Shown: positions 55,890-64,000 of the stretch, in pieces
Numbering within the stretch: the first letter of the stretch is position 1
Layout of the letters: every line of letters starts with the position of its first letter
Origin: Candidatus Aenigmatarchaeota archaeon
Lineage (GTDB): Archaea; Aenigmatarchaeota; Aenigmatarchaeia; QMZP01
DNA: 64,000 nt
Reading direction: 5' to 3'
Assembly: GCA_016783545.1 (NCBI GenBank)
Contig: JADHWJ010000005.1
Coordinates: forward strand, 1,605 to 65,604
Notes under the pieces: generated by a model
The model's input: only the letters and a program-made list of their open reading frames with translations
Databases searched by the model: none
Told to the model about the DNA's origin: nothing
Translations under genes and position numbers: made by a program

Positions 55890-55917
55890 CGCGACATATC
55901 TAATATGATAAATCGCA
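55890..55917. promoter_or_regulatory. 28-nt imperfect palindrome, copy 2 (about 195 nt upstream of the AAA ATPase start)
   Basis: The reverse complement tgcgatttatcatattagatatgtcgcg matches 18257-18284 at 24 of 28 positions. It has the same orientation relative to its downstream gene as copy 1. Confidence 0.5.
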
Positions 55918-56136
55918 TGGTTTTAATATTTAAAACCAGTTGAAATCTTAATACGTTGCTCTCCAACTACTGGATCCTCAAAAAGAGCATATATGTCAAA
56001 AGCCTTGGAATCACATTCTGAATCTTCTACACGTAATACTGTAAATATTGGTACATCCATTCCTAGTTCACCCATACGTATGGATAGTCTAGTTTCACCC
56101 CAACCCTCTTTTATAATTGGTAAAAGTTATTTAAGC

Positions 56137-56934
56137 TTATTTAATAGTAGTTCCTAACCCCTCTTCACCGAGTATTGCTCTTTTTAGATTATCTTCTTTT
56201 AGACCACTTATTATCTGGGTCTTTATTCCATTTTCAGCAAGCTCTAGAGCCTGTTCAACCTTGTGTATCATTCCACCAGTAACGTCTATATTATCAGATC
56301 CAGACAAGCACTTTTTAATTTCATCAAAATTCTTTTTTGTTATTTCAGGTATTAACTTTGCGTCTGGATTTACAATAGGATCTGCTCTAAATACTCCACT
56401 AACATTTCCACAGAAAATAATCTTCTTTGCACCAAGCTTTATTCCTAAGAATCTTAGAATCTCTTCTGTAGAGATTATACAACAACCTTGAGCTAGATCA
56501 AGACCAACATCACCATAAGGAACGGTAATCATATCATATTCTAGTGCTTTTTCTATTGGTTTGGTATACCATTCTGTTATTTTTTTACCTTCAGCAATAC
56601 AAGAAGCTGAAGGCATTATATTAAATGGCTTTTCACCAACATCTAAGAGCGCTTGTACAAATATTCTATTCAGTCTTGCAGCATCGTTCTGGACTTCAGC
56701 AATTCCTCTATAACTTTCTTCATTTTTCACTCCATGTTGGGTTTGATACCTATGCGCTGACTGGTGTGGAAAACTGCCACCACCATGTCCAACTATAACC
56801 TTTGCTCCAGATTCTTTCTTAGCTTCATATATCTCTCTAGCCAATCTTTCAATTATTTCAGGTTTTGGAGTATATGGTTTAGACTTGTCAGTAATTAAAG
56901 AACCACCAAGCTTGATTAAAATAAGGTCTTCCAT
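56137..56934 (-). CDS. ipk: Isopentenyl phosphate kinase
   Basis: Amino-acid-kinase fold with LIKLGGSLITDK and VGHGGGSFPH. 265 aa. Sits in a mevalonate-pathway gene context. Confidence 0.8.
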   Translation of the reverse strand: MEDLILIKLGGSLITDKSKPYTPKPEIIERLAREIYEAKKESGAKVIVGHGGGSFPHQSAHRYQTQHGVKNEESYRGIAEVQNDAARLNRIFVQALLDVGEKPFNIMPSASCIAEGKKITEWYTKPIEKALEYDMITVPYGDVGLDLAQGCCIISTEEILRFLGIKLGAKKIIFCGNVSGVFRADPIVNPDAKLIPEITKKNFDEIKKCLSGSDNIDVTGGMIHKVEQALELAENGIKTQIISGLKEDNLKRAILGEEGLGTTIK

Positions 56935-56993
56935 AGACTATTAATAATTAGATATATTCTTATAAATTATGATTATTTTAGTACAATTGACGA

Positions 56994-58148
56994 TTATCCG
57001 AGCTCTTCAGAGACAGTGTGTATTATATTACTTAAAGAAAGATATCCACCATGCTCTACCTCTGCTTTTGCTAATTCAAAAAACCTATCATTTACTCTTA
57101 CTGAATCATCTGCTGTTGATGGATATAATGCATCAAACATACTATAATCCAGCCTTAATCTGGCTACCAAATTCTCTAATGATGAAAAGTAAGCTGTCTG
57201 CGGTTCACCCTCTTTTAAAGCTTCAATAGCAAGTTTTGATGATAATAATGCGTGTCCTATTCCACCACCACTTATAGTACTCTCCAAAAAATCTGCATCT
57301 CCCACTGGCAAAAAAAATTTATCAGTTAGCATATCTTGTGTTATTGGTCCTCCAGAACACATTAATTTTGAAAAAGTTCTTCCTTTCACAATTTTTACAT
57401 TACCAAAAACATTGTGTGGATTAGTATCAATAAATCTATTAAGATTATCACTACCTCTGGAAGCTTTCCATGGTTTAAAAACAACACCAACATTAGCTTC
57501 TACTAATCCAGTATCTGATTTTGGAAATATATAATAATATATTACATTCGGATCATCTGAAAGATATAATACTTTAGCATTTCCCAGTGCCTCAATATTT
57601 ACGTCTGTCATAGTATGTTGATAACCAGTTATGAAACAAATACCACTATCATCAGATACTATTCTTTTTGTTGCTTTACTGGTTCCCCATGCACAAAGAA
57701 CATAGGCACCTGGATGTATTTCTTTAATTTCATCAACGTCTTCTACCCCTTCTCCAAATCTTATTTCAGCACCATTTGTTTTAGCCAGATCTAGATAATA
57801 ATCTTCAAAAGCTGCTCTATTAATAAACATGTATGGATCTATATCACCATGAAGCTCACCTAATATTCCATTATCACTCATTCTTCCTAGAATAAGCTGA
57901 TTTGTACTATTTTCAATACAGGACTCTGGATCTTGTGGATCTATAAAAAGTCTAGCATTTTCTAGTTTTCTTTGCCAGATGCCTTCACCACATTTTCTTC
58001 CTCTAAGAGGATCAATATACCATTTATCTTCTGATATTTTTTCATACACAGTAACATCATATCCTTCTATAGATGCTAGATAAGCTGCATAAGATCCTGC
58101 AATACCTGCTCCTATAATTACAACTTTTGCCATAATAACCACTACCAA
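56994..58148 (-). CDS. FAD-dependent oxidoreductase, geranylgeranyl-reductase family
   Basis: Dinucleotide-binding VVIIGAGIAGSYAAYLA...VTVYEK. About 380 aa. Isoprenoid gene context. The probable start is MAKVVIIG. Confidence 0.7.
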   Translation of the reverse strand: MVVVIMAKVVIIGAGIAGSYAAYLASIEGYDVTVYEKISEDKWYIDPLRGRKCGEGIWQRKLENARLFIDPQDPESCIENSTNQLILGRMSDNGILGELHGDIDPYMFINRAAFEDYYLDLAKTNGAEIRFGEGVEDVDEIKEIHPGAYVLCAWGTSKATKRIVSDDSGICFITGYQHTMTDVNIEALGNAKVLYLSDDPNVIYYYIFPKSDTGLVEANVGVVFKPWKASRGSDNLNRFIDTNPHNVFGNVKIVKGRTFSKLMCSGGPITQDMLTDKFFLPVGDADFLESTISGGGIGHALLSSKLAIEALKEGEPQTAYFSSLENLVARLRLDYSMFDALYPSTADDSVRVNDRFFELAKAEVEHGGYLSLSNIIHTVSEELG

Positions 58149-58171
58149 TAGGCTATATTAAAAAAATGAGT

Positions 58172-58696
58172 TTAAATACGTTCTTCAAGAACTATTAATT
58201 TACTAGGCTTTTTGAGGTACCACTTCAGAATCTCCCTAGCATATAATGGGAACTTGCCTGGATTTTCCTTTAGAATTCTTTCTATATCAGATCTACTATG
58301 AAACTTTGCTTCTGAAACTTCGCTATCTTCTGGTTTAATTTCACCATCATATCTAGCTTCAAAAAGAACTGTTATCATAAAGTCTGTTCTCTCATAGACC
58401 ATTCTGAACTTTGCAAGTCTTTTCACTTCTAGTTTTATTCCAAGCTCTTCCAGGAGCTCTCGCTTTACTGTTTTCAGGTAACCATCTCCTGAATTAACAT
58501 GACCAGAAAGAGAGAGATCAAACTTTCCAGGATACTTGTCCTTTTTCATGCTTCTATGCTGAATGAGTATCTCATCTCTACTATTAAGAAGAATAACATG
58601 AACGCCTCTGTGCCATTGCTGAGAGTTGTGAATCTCTTTTCTAGAGGCTTTTCCTATTACTTTATCATTCTCATCTACAATATCTAGAAGTTCCAT
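58172..58696 (-). CDS. Nudix hydrolase (IDI-type-1-like fold)
   Basis: Nudix box GHVNSGDGYLKTVKRELLEELGI. WHRGVHVILLN resembles the IDI1 N-terminal strand. Confidence 0.8.
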   Translation of the reverse strand: MELLDIVDENDKVIGKASRKEIHNSQQWHRGVHVILLNSRDEILIQHRSMKKDKYPGKFDLSLSGHVNSGDGYLKTVKRELLEELGIKLEVKRLAKFRMVYERTDFMITVLFEARYDGEIKPEDSEVSEAKFHSRSDIERILKENPGKFPLYAREILKWYLKKPSKLIVLEERI

Positions 58697-58724
58697 AATA
58701 GAAATTAAAAAAGATTATTTAAAT

Positions 58725-59102
58725 TTACAAAACTTTAACATCGTTGCCATTAACCTCAATTTGAGCACCATCTTTTATCTGTTCTATATCTACCTTATCA
58801 ACGCATGGAATCTCAGAGATTATTGCTCCAACAGCAACAATTGTTTCGCACTCTTTGTTTACTATTGCTGCAGGTGCTTTTCCATTCTTTTTCAGTCTGT
58901 AAAGAACATAAGAGCCCACTGTAGAACCCTTTCCTTCTGGGAAAACTAATACCTTTCCTGTTATTGATTTACCTTCTAATGGATGACCTTTTTCTATTAC
59001 AACTCCTGTCTCAGGATCCACTCCACCATAGAAGCTTATTCCTTCTGCTGAGACAATTGCCTCTGCTTTTGTATTTCCCTTGAATATAATTCTTCCGTTC
59101 AT
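58725..59102 (-). CDS. Phosphomevalonate dehydratase small subunit (aconitase X swivel domain, DUF126)
   Basis: 125 aa with GGVDPETGVV and LVFPEGKGSTVGSYVLYRL. 4-nt overlap with the large-subunit gene. Confidence 0.8.
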   Translation of the reverse strand: MNGRIIFKGNTKAEAIVSAEGISFYGGVDPETGVVIEKGHPLEGKSITGKVLVFPEGKGSTVGSYVLYRLKKNGKAPAAIVNKECETIVAVGAIISEIPCVDKVDIEQIKDGAQIEVNGNDVKVL

Positions 59103-60271
59103 TTCAATGCCTCCTCAATACAACCTTCAATACTTGCTATCTTTGTCTTGAAATCGTTTTTTCCACTACCATAAAAACATCCTTTTGCTGAATCAGTGCA
59201 AAGAACTTTGAATCTTCCCTTTATTGGAGCAACCACACAACAGGTATCACAAGCAAACTTGACTCCAGAATCTTCTATTGTTCTTGTATATCCCATCTGG
59301 TCAGCTATTTTCTTAATAGGTCTTGCAGTTGTTATCCAGACCTCTTTGGTTACTTTCTTCCCTTCAAGAAGTTTTGCAACTAATGCAATCTCTCTTATAG
59401 AAGCATGAGGACAACCAATTGAGACAAAATCTGCGTCTTCGCCTGTATTCATTGATTCAATTGCCTTCTTTATCTCTTCTTCTGTAACTTCAATTGATTC
59501 TTCTGGGATATCTGTTTTGTTCGGTGTTATACCTTCAATATGATAGAGTGCTGTTCCACCATAAGTTGCTATTGAGGCTGAAAAAGACTTAAGTTCTTCC
59601 ACACTAGCCTCTTTTATTCCTTTTATGTAGGCTATTTTGTTTCCTATTTTTTCTCCAATAACCTTTCCTAGTGCACCAAAGTTCATTGTTCCTTTGATTT
59701 CAGTTTTAACATCAATAGCTATCTTAGCCTGTCTATTCTCTTCTAGATGATATCCATATTCAGGTGTGAATCCTGTCAGAGCAGCTGCAAGAGCTGAAGG
59801 TCCACCTTCCCTATTTGTTTTTGCACCAAGAACAGAGTTTGAAAAGCATACTGCAGAACTCTCTGCCCATGCTATATGTTCACCAAATCTTACAAGATTT
59901 CCAATAAAATATGGTGTGCATGTGCATGTTGCTATAATACCCATTTTTTTGAAAGCGTCAATAACTCTTCCCTGATTCTCTGCAAACTCTTTGCTTATTC
60001 CAAGAGCTTCCCAGTTCTCCATATCCATACCAGCAGGGTTTAGTGTTGTAAGAACCTTTACTTTTCCATCTTCTGCCATAGTACTTAGGAATTCTAATCC
60101 TGCTTCTCCAAGATTATCATAACTAACACCAGCTATCTGAACAGAATTTACAGGAATAAGTTTTTTTGCTCCGTATATCTCTCCAAGAGCTGTTAGAATT
60201 TCCATTGCTTTTTTCACAGCCTTTCCATGCTTTCCTTCAAGCATTTCCTTTTGTTCTGCTGTAAGTTCCAT
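59099..60271 (-). CDS. Phosphomevalonate dehydratase large subunit (aconitase X catalytic domain, DUF521)
   Basis: 390 aa. The N-terminus MELTAEQKEMLEGKHGKAVKKAMEIL is typical of DUF521. Conserved Cys residues are present. Adjacent to the DUF126 partner. Confidence 0.85.
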   Translation of the reverse strand: MELTAEQKEMLEGKHGKAVKKAMEILTALGEIYGAKKLIPVNSVQIAGVSYDNLGEAGLEFLSTMAEDGKVKVLTTLNPAGMDMENWEALGISKEFAENQGRVIDAFKKMGIIATCTCTPYFIGNLVRFGEHIAWAESSAVCFSNSVLGAKTNREGGPSALAAALTGFTPEYGYHLEENRQAKIAIDVKTEIKGTMNFGALGKVIGEKIGNKIAYIKGIKEASVEELKSFSASIATYGGTALYHIEGITPNKTDIPEESIEVTEEEIKKAIESMNTGEDADFVSIGCPHASIREIALVAKLLEGKKVTKEVWITTARPIKKIADQMGYTRTIEDSGVKFACDTCCVVAPIKGRFKVLCTDSAKGCFYGSGKNDFKTKIASIEGCIEEALK

Positions 60272-60272
60272 A

Positions 60273-61595
60273 TTAATCTAAAAAATCCTTAACATTGACT
60301 TTTGGGAATTCAGCCTTCTCAAAGTTCTTTCCTTCTGAAACAGTTAGCGGCTTTGTAAGATCAAATCCCATTTTATGGGTCATTTTTGTTCCTGGCTCTC
60401 CGCTTGGATCCAAGCTGGAACCAGGTTCCATTCCCCTTATAACAATGCGCTTATCTCCTTGGAATCTTGTGGCCATTGCCCACTCAACCTCCAAAGGATC
60501 CAGTATATTGATATCACTATCCACTACAAACGCATGCTTTAGGCTTGAATGCCCATCAAAGGCAGCCACTAGGGCTTTTTTGCCGTCATCCTCGTTTTGC
60601 TTGTCTATCTTTATTATAGAGTGTAACCATGAACATCCACCAGGGTTTATTGAGACATCAAGGCACTTGATTCCTGCTTCATTTACCTTTTTGAAAATAG
60701 TAGGTTCTCTTGGCATTCCCATCATAATTTTATGTTCTAATCCACCTGGCAATAATGCATACCAAATTGCATCCTTTCTATGAGTTATTTTTTTAACAGT
60801 GAAAACAGGCTCCTGCCTTACAATATCTTGTGTTTCTGTAAGATCAACAAAAGGACCTTCATTTGCTTTTTCTTCCAAAGAAATTGTTCCTTCAATAACA
60901 AACTCAGCATCAGCTGGTATCATAAGATCTGAAGTTTTTGCTTTAACAACTTTTAGAGGTTCTAATGCATTTGCTATCTCTAATTCATCTTTTCCCTTAT
61001 CTATACTTGTTGCTGCTGAAAGCAGAACATTGGCACCACATCCAACACAAACAGCTATGTCCATCTTTTTCTGGTCTTGTAAAAACTCATCAAAATGTCT
61101 TTTTGAAACAACTCTTACTGAGAATTTGTTTTTATCAATCTGCATCATTCTATGAAAATCAATGTTCTGTCCAAAATCAGGATGCTTTGCAATAACCACA
61201 CCAGAGCTTATGTAGTTTCCACCATCATTCTGGCAGTGGAATAGTATAGGAACTTTGTCTAGGTCCACTTCATCCATCTCAACTTCTTGACAGGGTGCTT
61301 CTTCTACTACTTCTGGTTTTGATGGATTACCTATAGCATCAATTATCTTTGGAATAAGCTCTTCTGGTTTTATTCCAAAATAAGAAGCAATCAATTCTTT
61401 TGAACCAAAAATATTACCAACAACACTGAAATCAGATTCCTTGATATCATTAAGTTTTAGCACTTTTGTCTCCAGTGCTTTTAGAAGTCCAGAAGCCTCA
61501 AGACGTCTTGAAACAGGTTTCTCTACATTAACAAGTTTTCCTTCCTTATCCAGTTTTTCAACAAACTCTCTGAATGACATAATTATCCACCCCAC
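60273..61595 (-). CDS. UbiD-family decarboxylase (anhydromevalonate phosphate decarboxylase candidate)
   Basis: 440 aa. UbiD N-terminus FREFVEKLDKEGKLVNVEKPVS. Located between the AcnX and UbiX genes. Confidence 0.85.
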   Translation of the reverse strand: MGWIIMSFREFVEKLDKEGKLVNVEKPVSRRLEASGLLKALETKVLKLNDIKESDFSVVGNIFGSKELIASYFGIKPEELIPKIIDAIGNPSKPEVVEEAPCQEVEMDEVDLDKVPILFHCQNDGGNYISSGVVIAKHPDFGQNIDFHRMMQIDKNKFSVRVVSKRHFDEFLQDQKKMDIAVCVGCGANVLLSAATSIDKGKDELEIANALEPLKVVKAKTSDLMIPADAEFVIEGTISLEEKANEGPFVDLTETQDIVRQEPVFTVKKITHRKDAIWYALLPGGLEHKIMMGMPREPTIFKKVNEAGIKCLDVSINPGGCSWLHSIIKIDKQNEDDGKKALVAAFDGHSSLKHAFVVDSDINILDPLEVEWAMATRFQGDKRIVIRGMEPGSSLDPSGEPGTKMTHKMGFDLTKPLTVSEGKNFEKAEFPKVNVKDFLD

Positions 61596-62170
61596 CTCTT
61601 GTATTCTTTGTTTTCAATTCCAAGGCAATCCAATATCTTTCCTATCATAAAGTTGTATATATCATTTATATTCTTTGGCTTTCCATAAAATCCCGGGCTT
61701 AATGGCATAATAATTGCTCCGTATATTGAGAGTTTCTTTAAATTATCTATTGTAGGTGTGCTTAATGGTGTTTCCCTTAAACAAACTATAAGCTTTTTCT
61801 TCATTTTCAGCATATTATCAGCACATCTGCTTATCAGTGTGGATGTATGAGCATGAACAATCTCTGAGACTGTTTTTATTGTAGAAGGAACAACTACCAT
61901 TGCATCTATTGGGAATGAACTGCTTGATACTGCAGCTGCCATATCATTGTTTGAGTAGATAAAAGAAGCATTTTTCCTAATCTCTTCGACTTTATGATCA
62001 GTTTCCAGCTCTATAACCTTCTCAGCCCATTCACTAAGTATAAGATGCGTTTCTACTCCTTTTTCTTTTAGTGTTTTCAGAAGTCCTATCCCATATTCTA
62101 CGCCTGATGCACCTGTAATAGCAACAATAAGTTTCATAAGGAATGTTTGGGAAAACTTTAAATATTTCAA
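61583..62170 (-). CDS. ubiX: UbiX flavin prenyltransferase (prFMN synthase)
   Basis: KLIVAITGASGVEYG and the flavoprotein fold. The likely true start is MKLIV at 62137. Confidence 0.9.
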   Translation of the reverse strand: MKYLKFSQTFLMKLIVAITGASGVEYGIGLLKTLKEKGVETHLILSEWAEKVIELETDHKVEEIRKNASFIYSNNDMAAAVSSSSFPIDAMVVVPSTIKTVSEIVHAHTSTLISRCADNMLKMKKKLIVCLRETPLSTPTIDNLKKLSIYGAIIMPLSPGFYGKPKNINDIYNFMIGKILDCLGIENKEYKRWGG

Positions 62171-62199
62171 CGAAAATAAGTTCGACTGATGTCGATTAT

Positions 62200-63132
62200 T
62201 TAACCAACACTAGTTCTTAATGTAGTAAATCCTTCATCTTCAAAGGCTTTTGCAACCTTTTCCTGAAGCTCTTTTCCTGGTGTTAGAGCAATCATATATC
62301 CACCACGACCTGTTCCTGTTAGCTTTGCACCCCAAGCACCATTATCCTTTGCTACCTTAACAAGGTGTTCTAATTCATCACAAGAAACACCAATTTTTTG
62401 AAGAAGTTCATGGTTTTTATCCATTAATTCTCCAACTCTTTTCCAATCACCACTATTTATTGCTTTCACTGCACTGTTATAAACTTCAATATATTCATCA
62501 GTAATTGCTTTGAACTGTTCTTCATCACTCTCTTTAAGTTTGAGAACATCTGCAACCACAACCTTTGTTTCTTGAGTAATACCAGTACTTACCATAACAA
62601 TTTCCACGGGTTTACTAACTGAAAGTTTTTCAATTTTATTAGGCCCGCCTTCTTTATTCTTTTCGAAGGTTATGAAACCACCGAAAACAGAACATGTATT
62701 GTCTATACCAGAAGGTGTTCCGCTTCCTGCTTCCTCTGCTAAATATGCTACTTTATTTATTTCTTCATCATTGAGATTGAGATTAAGTTTCTCATTAAAT
62801 GCTCTCGCTGTACTTGCAGCCAGAGCAGCACTTGCACCAACACCACTACTACAAAGCAAGTCACCAGCTAATGTTATTTTAATAGGGGTTTCTTCTGGGT
62901 TAATCTTGAAATAATTAAAGATTGCTTCAAACTGTCTCTTCATTTCTTCGCTCTTTTTTTCTCCATAACCAGGAACTTGTGGTCTATTATCAACTAATTC
63001 AAAACCTTTCTGACCATCTTCAAGCGTTGCTATGGTTTGACCAGATATTCCACTAGCTATACCAGGAAGATAATAAACTACAAAATGTTCTCCAAAAAGA
63101 ATGACTTTTCCAAAACCTTCTCCTTTAGACAT
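62200..63132 (-). CDS. mvk: Mevalonate kinase
   Basis: GHMP kinase motifs GKVILFGEHFVVY and SSGVGASAALAAS. 310 aa. Confidence 0.9.
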   Translation of the reverse strand: MSKGEGFGKVILFGEHFVVYYLPGIASGISGQTIATLEDGQKGFELVDNRPQVPGYGEKKSEEMKRQFEAIFNYFKINPEETPIKITLAGDLLCSSGVGASAALAASTARAFNEKLNLNLNDEEINKVAYLAEEAGSGTPSGIDNTCSVFGGFITFEKNKEGGPNKIEKLSVSKPVEIVMVSTGITQETKVVVADVLKLKESDEEQFKAITDEYIEVYNSAVKAINSGDWKRVGELMDKNHELLQKIGVSCDELEHLVKVAKDNGAWGAKLTGTGRGGYMIALTPGKELQEKVAKAFEDEGFTTLRTSVG

Positions 63133-63216
63133 AGTGATTAATTGTAAGAAAGGCTTTTATATTAAAATGTTCGACAAGGAACGAAGGCTTTTATTTTCTT
63201 AAAGAAAACCTATAGT

Positions 63217-63915
63217 ATGAATAAAAAGTTAAGGGAGATAAAACTTATCATTTTTGGGTTTGATGAAGTAATGATATCAGATAGTGAATATCATATAAAA
63301 ATCTCCAAAGATGTTCTTAATGATGCAAAGGCACATTGTACAACGAATGAACTGTATTCGTTATTTGAGCTTCCTGAATCCGAGATGATAGAAGCTGCAC
63401 TTGACAGGAAAGGTATCCGAGACAAAGAAACAATTGAAAAGACCATAAAAAGAAAAAGAGAGCTAATTGCAAAATCCTTAAATGGGAAAAATCTTCTTAC
63501 AAAAAACATAAAGGAAGCTATTCAGATTCTGAAAGATAATGACTATAAACTGGCATTATACTCAGAGCTTAGTAAAGACCAGATAACCAAGCATATAGAT
63601 TTCATTAAAATGTTTGATCTTGTTGTAACAGAAGCTGAGATAAAAGAACTTATAGAAAAGGGGCTGGATCCAAAACCGTCAGGTGATATTCTTTTCCATA
63701 TATCAGAACTCTTGGAAATTCCTCTGAAAAACACAGCATTTGTAGGAGGTACTGTTACTGACATGGTAGCTGCAAGAGCTGCAGAGATGCTTGCAATAGG
63801 TATTGGAGAGGAAAAAATAATGAGAAATATTTTGTTAGGGTATGCTGAATTCACATTTAAAAATGTATGGGAATTAGCAAAACTATTAACAAAAGAGGAA
63901 AATTTTAGAGTCTGA
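63217..63915 (+). CDS. HAD-superfamily-like hydrolase with a non-canonical motif I
   Basis: C-terminal FVGGTVTDMVAARAAEM (motif IV-like). Motif I reads FGFDEVM instead of DxDGT. Confidence 0.55.
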   Translation: MNKKLREIKLIIFGFDEVMISDSEYHIKISKDVLNDAKAHCTTNELYSLFELPESEMIEAALDRKGIRDKETIEKTIKRKRELIAKSLNGKNLLTKNIKEAIQILKDNDYKLALYSELSKDQITKHIDFIKMFDLVVTEAEIKELIEKGLDPKPSGDILFHISELLEIPLKNTAFVGGTVTDMVAARAAEMLAIGIGEEKIMRNILLGYAEFTFKNVWELAKLLTKEENFRV

Positions 63916-64000
63916 CAGTAACACTGTTTTTTCTTCTATTATTAAAATTTCCCCAACCCATCTTCTCCAGAATTAGTTGTGTGTATACAGTAAGGTTCAA

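Noticed and set aside
18257-55917. Reading the two inverted 28-nt motifs as terminal inverted repeats of a 37.6-kb mobile element
   Set aside because: The interval contains core genes (pyrH, ftsZ, the P-type ATPase, the FKBP PPIase). Each motif is itself palindromic and similarity does not extend beyond 28 nt. A shared operator is the simpler explanation.
55931-56086. 50-aa minus-strand ORF (MGELGMDVPIFTVLRVEDSEC...) between the IPK gene and the palindrome
   Set aside because: It is short, has no recognisable motif and has an uncertain start. It may be real, but I cannot support it from sequence alone.
63905-64000. Possible 3' end of a minus-strand gene entering from beyond the window (...NFNNRRKNSVTVRL-stop)
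   Set aside because: Only about 31 codons are visible and they contain no motif. It would overlap the end of the HAD-like gene by 11 nt. The evidence is insufficient.

Overview
AT-rich archaeal chromosome fragment. Archaeal markers are ribosomal protein eL33, tRNAs with non-canonical introns, the AcnX/UbiD/IPK mevalonate route, FtsZ and wHTH regulators. Gene content looks DPANN-like (an inference): giant Cys-rich, LRR and protease surface proteins, a secreted nuclease, and few biosynthetic genes. Housekeeping genes include a partial Lhr-like helicase, cysS, eL33, a ZIP transporter, a HIT protein, pyrH, ftsZ, an FKBP PPIase and a P-type Ca/cation ATPase. Main points of interest:
1. A tightly coupled six-gene minus-strand operon (40360-47053). 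It combines an SPL-like radical SAM enzyme, two paralogous degenerate methyltransferase-like proteins and several excisionase-type HTH modules. It matches no system I recognise.
2. Three tRNA genes (Gly, Pro, Thr) carrying about six introns at D-loop, canonical and T-loop positions. The introns share sequence with each other.
3. A tandem cyclase-like / STAND NTPase / TPR protein. It shares a 28-nt upstream palindrome with a DUF4143 AAA ATPase cassette 37 kb away.
4. A near-complete archaeal-type lower mevalonate operon (56137-63132).
5. Three GC-rich islands carrying small foreign-looking ORFs.
6. A GC-rich structured RNA with a 5S-like core motif (about 23101-23267).
All calls come from reading the sequence and the ORF track. 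No searches or folding programs were run, and intron and RNA boundaries are approximate.
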